Part shown: one piece after another, positions 1 through 13,358 of the stretch
How positions within the stretch are numbered: the first letter of the stretch is position 1
How the letters are laid out: every line of letters starts with the position of its first letter
Made by a program: the position numbers and the translations under genes
The notes under the pieces: model-generated
What the model was told of the DNA's origin: nothing
The model's database searches: none
Seen by the model: only the letters and a program-made list of their open reading frames with translations
NCBI GenBank assembly: GCA_000320545.1
Contig: ADNK01002265.1
Location: 1-64,000 of the forward strand
Source: Bigelowiella natans CCMP2755
Taxonomy: Eukaryota; Protista; Cercozoa
Length of the DNA stretch: 64,000 bases
Reading direction: 5' to 3'

Positions 1-280
1 TTTTCTTTTTTTCTATTATCTCTAATATATCGCTATGTATATCTATATATATGATCTCTATCTATATATATATATCTCTGTAGCCCTCGCTCGCGCGCGC
101 GCGCGCTATACACACACACTCACACTCTCACACACAGACACACACACTCACTCTGACAGATTCATAAACATATATAATCATATAAAAAAAAAAAAAAAAA
201 AAAAATACACACTCACACACTTTTTTTTCCATTTATTTCAAATCAGCTATCTCACTACGTTTCATAAGAAGAATACCAAA

Positions 281-287
281 GTATATA

Positions 288-338
<51 letters not shown>
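281..338. repeat. (TA)n microsatellite, representative of dozens of intronic (TA)n, (CA)n, (GA)n, (CAT)n, (TAG)n and (AAC)n tracts across the window
   Basis: Directly visible; other examples at 2804, 3152-3229, 7946-8010, 9634, 13316, 24712-24772, 37522, 57404 and 61152. Confidence 0.95.
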
Positions 339-341
<3 letters not shown>

Positions 342-483
342 AATATACATATATAAATATAAATATGAATATACAACACATTTGTAAACTCGAAATGTAT
401 TATTTGATACCAAGACAAAGTATCAACTTTTATATTTGGATTTATTATTGTGTGGAATTTGTAATTTCTTACCACCTTTCAGA

Positions 484-1059
484 GTGCAAGTTACGCTCTA
501 ATGGCCAGCACGAAAGTTGTTAAAGCGGTGAATATCTGCTAGATTTATTATTCTATTGTTTCTACAATATAAATACACACAGACATGTATATATACATAT
601 ATTGATATACCGGTGATTTATAGCTTTGAAGATTCTGTTATGGTTATGTGAGTATTTTTGTGCGTGCATATGTTTATGATGTTTATAATTTGTGCATTAA
701 CCGTAGCTGACAACACACTTTATTCATATACAATAATATTATCATTATTTAAGGATGTGTAATCAAAATAATGTAACATTCATGGCAAGTAATTTATGTT
801 GAGATTTGATATATAAGGGTTTCATCGCGGCGAAACTTGCGGTGAAGATGGTTGGAGGAATTTATACTGGTTTGCGTCAGATAGTAAAGCACACGGGAGA
901 CCCTGTATGAACTTTTTAAATTTGTAACTGTAAAAATAATAAATATGACTTCGATGTTCATAGTTTTCGAATATAACATAGAGCCTTTGTTTTCAGAAAA
1001 GTATTAAGAAGGATGTTGATTTCATTCTATGGGTGTTTGGCCTTGGATATGATAACTAA
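484..1059 (+). CDS. 3' exons of an unidentified multi-exon gene that begins upstream of the window
   Basis: AG/GT-bounded segments read SASYALMASTKVVKA (484-527), GFIAAKLAVKMVGGIYT (~818-868) and KSIKKDVDFILWVFGLGYDN* (~997-1059, TAA). No recognisable domain; exon chain not fully resolved. Confidence 0.45.
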
Positions 1060-1099
1060 ATTGTTCCAACGTGGACGTTAAAATGAAGCGTCTACTGAG

Positions 1100-2085
1100 A
1101 TTTATTCGCTCCACTGATCCATTAGTCAACAACTCTCTGCCACAAAAGTTAATATGGCTGCTGCAAATGACAATCTTGTCCAAGTAAAACTGTTAAAAAA
1201 AATGAAGCTTTAGATGGTCATTTGTGAATGCGTTGTTGCTACGTCTAGACGTGCGAATTGCTGGAACAATTCCTGACTTTTTTTGTTTTTTCCCCAAAAA
1301 TTGTCATTGTCTACTATACTACATGCTGATCTTGGCAATTAGTTGGCAACTAGCCAATGCATTGCACATGGCAGCTATGTGATGCAATTTCGCACTCTTT
1401 CTTTATCTTGTCATGAACGAGCCACGCACGCACACCGCCTCTGCGATGCTAGCTAGACCTACGATGCGCGTCCATGTACATGCACGCTAGCACGTCGTCG
1501 TCGTCAAACATGTGCAAAGTCCGCGTGCTGTGTGCACTATAGCTAGCTAGCGCGTGGTTGTGCAGACGTATCGTGCACGTACAGCAGTGTCATCGTGTGC
1601 TCAGCACGACACTGTTGTTGCGCGCACACTACGACTAGTACAGGATAAATCAGCAGGACTGTCTAGCTAGACGAGGAGCATGCGCTAGCATGTGTGTCGC
1701 ATGTACGTAACTGCGTGATCATTGAGCTACATTGCAGGCCAGATCGCAAGGCACATGTTGCATTAATGTCTGCGGTGCAGTCTAGCTATGGATTCGCACT
1801 GCTAGCTAGCAGTGCGAATCGGGAGTACGTGTACGCACATTGAGCGCTACTGTGCATGCGCATGCAATGCGCGCGTGCATGGTGGGGGCATGCGATGCAT
1901 TTAGGCATACGGGCATGTAAAAATGCGCATGCACGCATTTGACAGAATGTTGCACCATTATCTGGACATATGCTAGCATGCTGTATAGTTTGCTAGAGAA
2001 AATTGAAATGCTCAAGTAGTTCCGTGCACACACGCACGTAATTGATGCATCTGCAGCACGTGCCCTCATCACACCCGCGTACTAG
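1100..2085. other. TpA-depleted, CTAG/CATG/TGCA-rich intergenic island 1 (convergent gap)
   Basis: Lies between the + gene ending 1059 and the - gene ending 2086. Contains CTAG arrays at ~1541 and 2082, long RY-alternating runs and a perfect 30-bp palindrome at 1791-1820. Confidence 0.8.
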
Positions 2086-2799
2086 CTAGCTAGCGTTCTC
2101 CATCGAAGATTTCTCTACAGGGGAGGAAACTCGCTCGTCATTAAAATATTAACATGTCACGCAAACATATGCTTGCCTAACAAACAATTCCATAACCCTA
2201 GAAAAATAAATAAACACACACGATTAGCAAACTGCGTGTACAAATACTCATCCACATAAATGTATAGAGAGATAAAGAAAGAAAAAGATGGAGCAATGGA
2301 AAGAAATAGGAATACGGCGGGGAGAATAAAACATAACGACTAGTCCTCTAATCTTCTGATAAGCTTTTAAAAAAAAGTACCCGATATGTAACATATACAT
2401 TTTACAAATTTATATTTCTATTCATAATCATTAATTCATTAATCTCATCTGACCGCAGGATGAAAATCTGTATCATGAGATACAACCACAGCAACAGGTT
2501 GCGCTTTTCCTGATATTTTTTGATACTTTTTATTTTATTTGAATTTAATGAAAAACGTGTTTATGATAAGATTCTTTGTTTCCTTTTCTTCTAGAGTTTC
2601 CCCATCATATTATCTAGATATTGCCTGTTCTTATTTTAATATATGCAAGATTTGTACCGTAGTGATCTGGACTCTTGGTAGGGACTATACATACGAGTTC
2701 AATTATATGGAATACCAGTATCAGCACAGCAAATAAATCAAAAAGAAAAGAAAATAGAAACAAAATAAGAAAACTAGAATGAAATGTAAATACCAATAT

Positions 2800-2847
<48 letters not shown>

Positions 2848-3147
2848 CCTAGTTGCGTCAATCCTGACTTGTGGAGAAGATGGACCCGCGTTAGCAACTT
2901 GACCCGAAACCGCATTGTCTTGCGAAAATGCCTTGTTAATGTTTGTTGTGTGCAGATAATAAAATGCATTCAAGGTTATAATATACTTGATGATTTTAAC
3001 TATGCTGCTAAAAAGAAGCATTTTACTAGGCCGTTAATATTATTAGAACTCACAAAATTCTGTTTCTTTCCATCCGCAGAGACGATTCCCATTCTGATGC
3101 TTTAGAATAGAAAAATGATGTGTTATTTTAATTTCTCAACTCTCCCT

Positions 3148-3232
<85 letters not shown>

Positions 3233-3947
3233 CGTGAGAGTGCGTTCGTGTGTAGTGAAACTAGTACTCATTCTGATCCTCTCTCCAATCCTCTTGAATA
3301 ATACGTACGCAATCCCGCATCATGATAAGCAGGAAGAACCTAAATCATAGATGATGATGGAAAACTAAAACTCAACAATTAGCTCAACAACCGCACATTT
3401 TATAAGCCAAAAATAAAATATAAACTCACCAGATGTAAGTATTATTACCCAGTGAGCATGGCAGCTAAACACAATATTGCGCCAGGAACAACACCGTCAA
3501 GAGTTTCGTAGACATTGTCGCAAAAATCGGTTATCCAAATATTTTTGTACGCTTTTCCTGACAACATATAAATGAATAAACCAGTAAAAAATTTAACATG
3601 TGTGTATCCATCCTTGCATGCTTGACTCGTGCATGTGTATCTCGTGTACACATTTATATATATTTAATATTTAAATTGTTCTATTATAGGAGTGAGCAAA
3701 CGAATCAATGTAAGACACGATAAAATTCTCTCTCTCTCCTCTCTCTCTCTCAATAGGAATTAGAGAAAAAATGCTCTCTCTCTAAAAATCCATTTACATT
3801 ACAAAATCAATGAATAGATGGAATGAAAACAAGAGGAATAACAACCTATAATTGCGCAAGGTGTATATCGGTTGACCGTTAGTATGTAGTTAACCTGGAG
3901 AAAAAGATACAAATTCAATATTTCACAATGACTACAAAAACACAACA

Positions 3948-3991
<44 letters not shown>

Positions 3992-5086
3992 TGAATTACT
4001 TTAAGAATGTAATTTGTGTCTAGCAACTATTTATTATGAGAAACACACCATCATCTTCATCATCATTTTCAACATCAACTCTCATATCATCAATGCAACG
4101 GCAATGAACACCATGTTGTAAATTTCATTGACAGAATTTCCAATGTCTGAATGTTATACCAAAATCAGATATGATGATATACACATTTTGATGATGATGA
4201 TGATGATGGCAACGATAATGAAGGAGTGTGTGTTTATATTTCAATGTACCTCTTCTTGAGTTTTCAACGGCCGCGTTAATAGCATTGGCAGCTACATTAA
4301 TCTGGTCAATACTGATGTTATAGTTTCTGGACGACAAGCAGAAAGAAAACAAAAGCAAACAATCAAACACACAAAGCACACACATACACACACTTGGGAC
4401 GGTGTGGACAAAAATGCATATAAGGTATCATGGATATATTTGCAAACGAATGTTGAAAACTCTCCACTACTACTACTACTACTACAACTACAACTACCTT
4501 TTATGCTCATTAAGAGAATCACGATTTGCTTCCATTTCCTCATTTGATGGTTTTAAGATGCCGGACAGTCTATCCTAAAAATGTTAACCAATTTGATTTA
4601 CAACATGTAGCAAAAATTGATATTCAAACTACAATAATGCGTTATTATGAATTCAAAGTAGTACGTATTATATCATGTATATCCTTGCTGTGTACGGGTC
4701 TCAAAGAAATGAACATTATTTCTTCTTAAAAATACAAATGGTAGTATTACGATATTCTGCTGATTGGTGACTGGATTGTAGACACCAGAGTAATACTGTG
4801 CAGGATTTAACCCTCTGAGCCCCGTTAGCAGATCGTTGTATTGGTTGTAGTCAGATGAAAAATTGTAACCAGTGGCAACCGCAACCTATGAAGTGGGGGA
4901 GGAGGGGGTTGATACGTAAAGGATTTCACATATAACTCATGTGTTGTTGTCATGATAGTGCGCCCCTCATCCCTCTCCTCCTCCTCCTCCTCCTCCTCCT
5001 CCTCCTCCTCCTCCTCCTTCTATTCTTTTGTCTGTCTACCAGAGCCATTGCGTTTCTCGCATTCCCGGTCTGGTTGAGTACTAAAA

Positions 5087-5118
<32 letters not shown>

Positions 5119-6624
5119 CGATATGACCAAAGAGGAAATAACAACAACAGCAGCAATATTTATGGATGAGTGTAGTTTCAACAATCTGAAATTTGTAACA
5201 CGAAGGAAGGGAAAAATGATGATACGTAAAAATGAGGCAGCAGCAGAGTAAATTTCAATCATAACAATAAACATCCGCTACTGATTGATCCACATCTGGA
5301 TGATGCTCTCAATAGCCTATTTTATAGCTTCTTCTTGTTATAATCAGAGCTCCGTCGTTCGACATATCATTTCTGATTGCTGAATGCAACCCCGTGATAT
5401 ATCATCATAACCACCTTGATCAACATATCTCGAAACGTACAGCGAGCTGGTGGCGTTGTTCAGCCTATGATATCACCATGTATTGTCGGTAGATAAGTAG
5501 GTAAGTAGGTGATATCACCACGTGTTGTTGGTTGGTAGGTAAGTAGGTAGGTAGGTAGGTAGGTAGGCAGGAGAATAATGATGAAAATCAACGAATGCCA
5601 AGAACAGTAATTGCAATATCATACTTTTGCAAATCTAAGAACGTCTTCGAAAAATACATGCAGCACAAACCTATTAATTGGGTATAATACCACTTTCCTT
5701 ATCTCTCGTGGCAAATGCTTATTATATCTATATCCACTTCATATGCAAGTCACTACTTACGAAAACTCTATGACAATCTTTATAATTATCAGTAAGAATT
5801 TCATTACTGATTTTCTTACTGAATGATTGGTTTTTGCACTTCTTTCGAGAAGTTGAAAGCACCAAGAACCTACGACGAGAGGAATGTAATCATGGGAAAA
5901 CAACTTAACTGCTAACAAAATGATAAACAGCAAATACTACACGAAACCTATAATAGACTATTAGGTGTGGCTACTGCTATTACTACTTGTTACCTGCATG
6001 ATATCGATGAAATTCGAATCAGGACTGTAATCATAAATTCCTTGATCGTTGACGCGATTGGGACATTCCTAGTTAGTAAGTAAAATAGATTCAAGAAACA
6101 ATAACCATACTTATAATAACAAAACGTACGTGATTCGGAAGAAAAACGATGACGAGTTTTAATCAATATAAACATAATTAAAACTACTGAATCTATGTTT
6201 GGGATATAGTCGTTGCTCTTTATTCTTATTACTACCAAAATTTGCTGAACAACATCTGCCACAAGAACCTTATCATCTCTAACTTTGACCTTTTGTTGTT
6301 ATTGAATATGTAGCCGGTAGTATTATATCCAAAATAACTATGCAGCACATCAGGGCAGCATCAGCAGCCATTCGATAATGATACATTTTTCTGACAGAGG
6401 GGAGGGAGTTTAACCTCTCACTTCATCTTCTTCTTCATTTCTTGGATTTTTAATTATCAATGAGAAAACGAAGGTATTATTATTATTATTACTACTACTA
6501 CTACTACTACCTCGGTGCTTCCCAAATTTGTTCTAAGCATTGTGATGAGCGTCTGGCAGGATTCTACACTATAAGTTCTGGGTAATAAAAGAAGATCCGT
6601 AGTGAATTAAGAAAGGAGATGATT

Positions 6625-6662
<38 letters not shown>

Positions 6663-7954
6663 ACAGGAGGCATGTGAGAAAGAAAAACTATTCTCAATCC
6701 TCATATTGTGTGATTTCGATTTATGAATTTTAAAAAATGAATGCATTCTTCTTCTTCTTACATATGCTTCTAAGATTCTCATTAGTATATATTATTACCC
6801 TTCACAACCGCATATATCGTACGAAATCATCGAGAGGACCAAGAATATCCCAAGAATAAATGCAAGCCATAGGAACGTGAAGAATATTAAATACCCTCCC
6901 AGGCATATTGGCCACCGCTTTTTGAAGAAAAGAGAAGGACATGGGAGGAAGGAGGAAATCGATGATGATTAGTAATATTTTGAGATATTAATAGTACTGA
7001 AATAATGTGTAGCAGTCAATATATTAGAAGTTATTTATTCTTTCTTTCAAACGCTATCATTTTCCTTTTACTTGTAATGCGAAATGGTCAAATAGAAGTG
7101 AGAAGAATGTGTGCTTCTTCTTCTTCTTCTTCTTCTTCTTGTGTATGCGGCGTCAATACGTTCCCCCAAACATGTTATTATATATACATGCAAGAATACT
7201 ATTGCTACTACAATTTCAGCTACTACCACTACAATAACACAACAACTTTTACTGTTACTATTACAATTACTAAAGTAATGCTTCTACTAAGTAACACAAC
7301 ACCACCTTTTTGCACAAATATCCAATGATCATTGTAAGCAAAAAGACACACGAAAGAGAGTATAGTAAAGCCATTGCAAGCTCGCCATAAGTTTCTGAGC
7401 TAGTTGTGCTTGATTTTGTACTGTCTATGTTATCCTCCTGAATATCAGTGAGTACATATGTATATATATGTTTTTTTATATATAATATTGATAATGATAT
7501 GTTTATGTATCATATAGCGTCAATCCTTGTTTTAAGTCAATGAAGTAAAACTGAATTTTGAGCATTGATATCAAGAAACAGCGATGAGGAATACTTCTTT
7601 GTTCTATTTGTAAGTAAAGTGATATGGTAGAAAGTAGGATGATTAGTATGTTTACTTTGCTGAGGGCTTGGTTGACGTGTTTTAACATCTGAGACTCTAT
7701 GTCAAGAAGTGATCGATAGATGCTTCCTATGCAGTAGTAGTAGTAGTAGTAGTAGTAGAAGAAGAAGAAGAAGAAGAAGGAGAAGGAGAAGAGATAGCAC
7801 AAAATATCAAAAGCAGCAGCAGCACCAGCAGCAGCATATCCTATTTTTATAACAACGAAGGATGGAAGCTATTAGTAATTAGAAAGAGACTACTCCTCTG
7901 CTACCACTATTGTTTATCACTACTACTGTATTGACTACTATCATGCCATCATCA

Positions 7955-8021
<67 letters not shown>

Positions 8022-8728
8022 CTATCTATCTTCTCCCAAAGCTTAATATTACCCCATTGAGACTGAATTTCAGGCTTTGTCTCAAGCTATTAGTATAAGT
8101 CATAAAATAGTGAGTTTGTCGTGTATAACTAACAGCATTTTCATATGGGAATTATTTATTCTTCTTGTTATCAAGCTCATTTTATGTATTTTCTCAATCA
8201 TGAAATTATCGTATCTTTGCTGATGTATTGTTATGTTAGTACTGTCATTGATATCATTACATCGTATGATTACATCATTATCTTTCTTACCAGTAGGTCA
8301 TCAACGATTGTTGGAGAAATACCCTGTCGGGCATTGACAAGTTCATTTTTGGCCTCTGCTAAAGAATTGACAGCCTGCCCTGGAATATACGTGTCCTGGC
8401 TCTCAACCTATAAACAGCATGGAAGAAGAGTACGAGGAGAAGGGAAAACAAAGAAAATACATAAGTAGAAACCAGACAAATCTCAGTAACTAATAAATCC
8501 ATGTAATTCATTGATTCACTGTGAATGAAAAGAAAGCATAAACGATAGCAGCACTCCTCCTACTAAATTAGCAGACGGACAGCTGATTGGTGACCTACCT
8601 ACCTACTACTACCTTCGGTATATCTGCTGGGCGTGGGAGATATGCGCTAAAGTTGGAGGATGTAGCCAACGTGTCTACAAGGGTGCTGTTGATCAATTCG
8701 CTCTGATTCTTCATCAAGTATACCTTTG

Positions 8729-8768
<40 letters not shown>

Positions 8769-9626
8769 GTTTATATCTATATCATTTATAGTAGTATTTA
8801 TAAATACACAAACAAAAGATTGCTTATATGTGCACATATTTCGGAAGATAATATATGGAGAATATTATACTTTCTTTTAACAAGAAAACATTAACTCACC
8901 ATCAAAAACGCACAATCCTTTATGTGTGTCAAATTAAGCAATAGTGTATCACTACCGTTGCATTGATAGCGGTGGCGATTGAAGTAGTATTCTCCACCTG
9001 AAAAAACAATATTTCTTATCGTTTTGTTTCATGAAGGACAGAAGGAGAATACTATTTGTTGTTGCATTTTTAAGTAGAATATTCTTTGATGAAATAATAG
9101 AGGAAAGTCTATATTGTTTCGTTCTCATCCAGGTGTTGTTGTTCCCTGCATATTATCATCATGACCTTGTCGATGGTGTTGTTTAATGAGTTGATTATAT
9201 TTTGCATTCCTGAAGTACGTAACAAGTAGTGATACTAGCAGTGATTTATGTGTCAAGAATGGGTTATTTTTTAAATAAAGGAGGTTTAGAATGAGTAGTA
9301 TAGCTGCTAGAATTACCCCCATGCTGCAAAGAATGCATTTGTTGTGAGAAGAAACACTTTCAATTTGTTTTTAGTTTGTTGGAAAATTGTTATACCGTCG
9401 ATAAGATTAATGATAGTCTGGAAAGTCGTGTTGACCTGAATGGTAAGTTCTTGTTTTCATATGATGATGCAATTTACGAAGATTGAAGACATGTACAACT
9501 TCTATATCATCATCATATGAACCTGGGTATTCGCACCATGTAAGAACCCCCCAACACTTGTCACAGAGCATTTTGCAATTGCTCCAGCAGTGCCTTTTTC
9601 GTGAAACAAACACAACAACGAAATGA

Positions 9627-9690
<64 letters not shown>

Positions 9691-9776
9691 ATATAGAAAA
9701 TGGTGATTTGTGGCGGCACGATCTAACATGAAGTAAAAATAAGAAATCTAGATACAAGTTCCCTTCTTCTTTTTCT

Positions 9777-9808
<32 letters not shown>

Positions 9809-9951
9809 TAGCTGTTACCTCCGTATTGGTCTTGAACATCTGACAACGACTTACCACTGCGGAACTAATTTCATCATCAGAGATCAACTTACTATGTATG
9901 ACGACGTTGTCAGAATATTAGACTGATGCTCAAAATATTCAATCAACTGTG

Positions 9952-10024
<73 letters not shown>

Positions 10025-10938
10025 CATATGCCTCGACTTATGTGCCGACTAATGGTGAGTGTGTCTCGTTCTCCTTTTCTGTTTCATCGTGGAAGTGTTT
10101 AACATCATCATTACTTTTATATAATAGGTTATCATAAATGAGAATAACATAATAATTATGTATATCCCCACAACCATCACCATTATTAAAACTACTACAA
10201 CTACTACTGCAAGTAAGTAGTACATCATCAACGATAAGTCCAGCACATTGAAAATCGGCCCTAATATGATGATGATGATGAATCATGAGATGTTTTGATA
10301 AAACGTTGCACTTATGATGATTCCTCTCATTCGAAGCATCTAGTTTATTAAAAGAAGCTGGTACAGAAACCAACTCATCATTCATCCTATTAGTAAATTG
10401 GATGAGATCTTACCAATCACCGATGAATTCCTTCGCGTGATCAAATGTCTGGCCAATATCTTCATATAAATGTGATTGGTTGCCAAAGATGATACCAACC
10501 CCAGCAATGGAAATCAAAAATATCAAGAGCGAGGCCAAGAGGAACCATCTGCAGCATAGGTGATACAAATAATAGTAACACCAAATAAAGGAAAGAGGGA
10601 AGCCACCACAAATATAATGTTTAGCTGCTGTCAACCACCATTATTGCAATCTCAATCGACCTGCAGCGCATTAATTTCAACGTTCTTATTCTTCTTCTTC
10701 TTTGTATTGTTTTCACACCACTTACTTATAATTGTCTTGGTTATCCCAGCAAGACTGAAGTTTAACTTTCTTGTAACGAAAACAGCAACAGCGACAGCAC
10801 GGACTGCACATTCCCCAGCACATTAAATGGAAGAACATGAAAATGGAAAATAAAAATCCAAGTCCTATCCCGAGTCCACCGCTCTAAATGTACATAATAA
10901 CCTCATCATCATCACCGATCTGAATGCACATAATAACC

Positions 10939-10977
<39 letters not shown>

Positions 10978-11314
10978 CGTCGTATGTACATGGTTAATAA
11001 TTATTGACAAGGAATAGAATGTGCTCACGACTTGGATTATGAGCTGTTGGAGGTAAGTCTGCCCTGCAGAGCCGTCCCATTTATCCAATTTTGTCTGAAG
11101 TTATCATTATTACAGTGTGTTGTCGATAGAAGAGCTTTTAGAGAGGTCATCTACATAATTATAAATTAACTATAATCTTAATTATTCTTACATCGGCTGG
11201 AAAGTCTCTATTTCCTGTTGCAGCTGTGCCAGATCCCGTTTTCGCAATTGTTGAAACCACGAGACAGACAAGCAAGAGCCATTGTAATGCTATTGCAATA
11301 CTACCCTTCTTCAT
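2086..11314 (-). CDS. Prominin/Tweety-like pentaspan membrane glycoprotein (~30 exons)
   Basis: ATG 11314 starts a signal peptide (MKKGSIAIALQWLLLVCLVVSTIA). TM1 is followed by a Cys cluster (GLGIGLGFLFSIFMFFHLMCWGMCSPCCRCCCFR, ~10725-10881). TM2 is RWFLLASLLIFLISIAGVGIIFGNQSHL (~10413-10548). A long N-glycosylation-site-rich helical loop follows, then TM RWPICLGGYLIFFTFLWLAFILGIFLVLSMISYDIC (~6799-6918), a second long loop, the last TM (FCDNVYETLDGVVPGAILCLAAMLTG/FFLLIMMRDC, ~3308-3558) and a cytosolic tail ending ..SSMENAS* at 2086. Topology and the CCRCC motif match the prominin family. Terminal exons are less certain. Confidence 0.75.
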
Positions 11315-11717
11315 GATTCGGTCGTTGCAGCAACTCTATAATCGGATGTATATGAAATCACCAGTTGGACGCGTGAGCCAATCGATGTAGATCTACGTTA
11401 AGGGGACTTTTACAGGCTGTAATTTTTCTAAAATTAGATCCAGATTCCAGATCTACCAGTAGATAGCTAGATCTACTCACACCCGTACTCGTGCCGAAGC
11501 AGCAGCAGAAACGAAGCGCCGTTATTCTGCCGTTATGGCTGTTAGTTAAGTCAATGTTTTTCGACGACTTCAGACATCATTGTTGTAAAATTTTGTTCAA
11601 ATATTGGATTTAGTGTTAGTAAAACTCGGAATAGCATGACATTTTAAAATATAGCAAATTTATGAAGTATCACAATAATCTGAAACCTTTTTGTATGTCA
11701 TAGAATCAAACCCAAGA
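11315..11717. promoter_or_regulatory. Short bidirectional promoter between the prominin-like gene and the giant gene
   Basis: ~400 bp head-to-head gap containing GAGCCAATCG (CCAAT box, ~11375), AGATCTA x3 (11389, 11449, 11469) and GCCGTTA/GCCGTTA/GCTGTTA (11518-11544). Confidence 0.55.
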
Positions 11718-13312
11718 ATGAATAGCAGAATCTCTGGATTCTTCTGCGGTCGGTTAATACCCGGTGCTTATTATTATTTCGGAGTTTTATCGGAGATTAT
11801 ACTCATAGAATCTCCAGATTCTTGTCATTGGCGGGAGGAAGGATATAAAGCACACATATATTTCAGCGAAGATCATCGATCTGGAGGCAGGAGGAGCAAG
11901 ATGATGATGATGAGCAAGATGGTAATTATGACGAGGATGGTGATGATAACGATGAGGAAAGAAGATGCGGATCATCAACAAGCAAGTTGTGTGAGTAAAA
12001 CTTCTTGAGTAGCGTATTATCAGCAGTGCATAAAAGCTTTGTAGATTTATTATCTACGTGTCACAAGGAACGAAGGCAGCAGCAAGTAGAAGAAGAAGGA
12101 GAAGAATAAAAACTAAGAAGGTGCTAAATCAGACTGCACAAAGAAGTAGTAATCAAGGTATTATGATGCTTGAAAGCAGTGAAGGAAAAGACTCTCCTCT
12201 AGCCAACCTACCGGTACAAAGCAAACAACGGCAAGCGGGGATTAGAAGATCACCTCATCATCTACTGCTTCTCCTTCTCGTGGCAGTTGCTATATGCGCC
12301 AACTTCATCTCATGGAATCATCGAACAGATGCTACTAATTCTTTTCACGTTGGAAATCTACTGCAGAAGAGTGTTGTTGCGAAGAAAAAGACAACAGGAA
12401 GAAGATCATCGCATTGGTCTGTTTCATGCTGTTACATGTCCTTTCACGAAGAATCATCAGATTCTCACTAATGTTCTTCCGTGCAAAATACGCTCTCTCT
12501 AAAATCACATTTTCTTATCTCATGACACGCTTCTTACTACAACATTTCTCCCATGCAAAACACACACATTAACATGATGACATCTTATGACACACTTGTT
12601 ACTACAACATTTTCCGTGCAAAACACACACATATTAACATAACTATTACTTAGCACACACACTACTTCTTATGATAGCTAATGGAAAGATGAACGATGTT
12701 GTTATTTACTAAATTATAAGGACGGGGAGCATTGTATCAACTCCATTCAAAATCGTCGCTGGCTTGGGAAACGTTGCAGGCTCTCTTCTTTTTCGCAAGT
12801 AGTATACTATGATAAATGATATTCTAGAGGCATTATTGCTAATAAGTTGTGTAGTATCATAATGAAATTCTAGAGGCTTTATTGTTATTATTATTATAAG
12901 CACGTAGTGGTGCACGTGAATTGGTTATGCGTTGTTGTTCATTCATCAATTTGAGATGATGTTCTTCCACCTCCCCCTCCCCCCCTTCCCCACCCCTCTC
13001 CCGGCTCCCTCTTTAGCAATAAAGCACCCTGTTATTATGTACATAGCTCACTACTTCTCCTGATAAAATCATAATACCACCAAAATCTCATCATAGAAAA
13101 ACACCTCGGATACGGAAAGGCACGTGGGTTATAGCATGGGTACTACTACTAGTTGTATTATTATTATTATTATTAGTAGTAGTAGTTGTAGTAGCAGTGG
13201 TAGTAGTGCGATATGATTTCTCTATGTGTACATCTTGATACTTGCTTGCTGATCGCAATGAATGCTGTACTTCATTTGAAAAACACATCTAGACATGTAC
13301 GCATGTACATAG

Positions 13313-13358
<46 letters not shown>

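Noticed and set aside
35-523. Many 60-270 aa ORFs in the supplied track (poly-IY, poly-HT, poly-V/L/M etc.)
   Set aside because: They are translations of microsatellites, introns or antisense frames of low-complexity exons, with no domain content.
1100-2085. CpG-methylation decay or fungal RIP as the cause of the CA/TG-rich islands
   Set aside because: CpG is plentiful in the islands (CGCG, ACGT, TCGA) and TpA is lost rather than gained, which is the opposite of both processes.
5085-5120. Box C/D snoRNA-like TGATGA motifs in introns
   Set aside because: They are parts of (GAT)n microsatellites; no paired D box, terminal stem or guide could be supported. No tRNA or rRNA was recognised anywhere in the window.
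11095-11113. Nucleomorph-like tiny introns (19 nt here; 15 nt near 9840-9854; 16 nt near 43119-43134)
   Set aside because: Frames are satisfied by a normal ~96-nt intron, by in-frame read-through (VSRCQ) or by a longer intron; removing the 19-nt or 16-nt candidates leads to stop codons.
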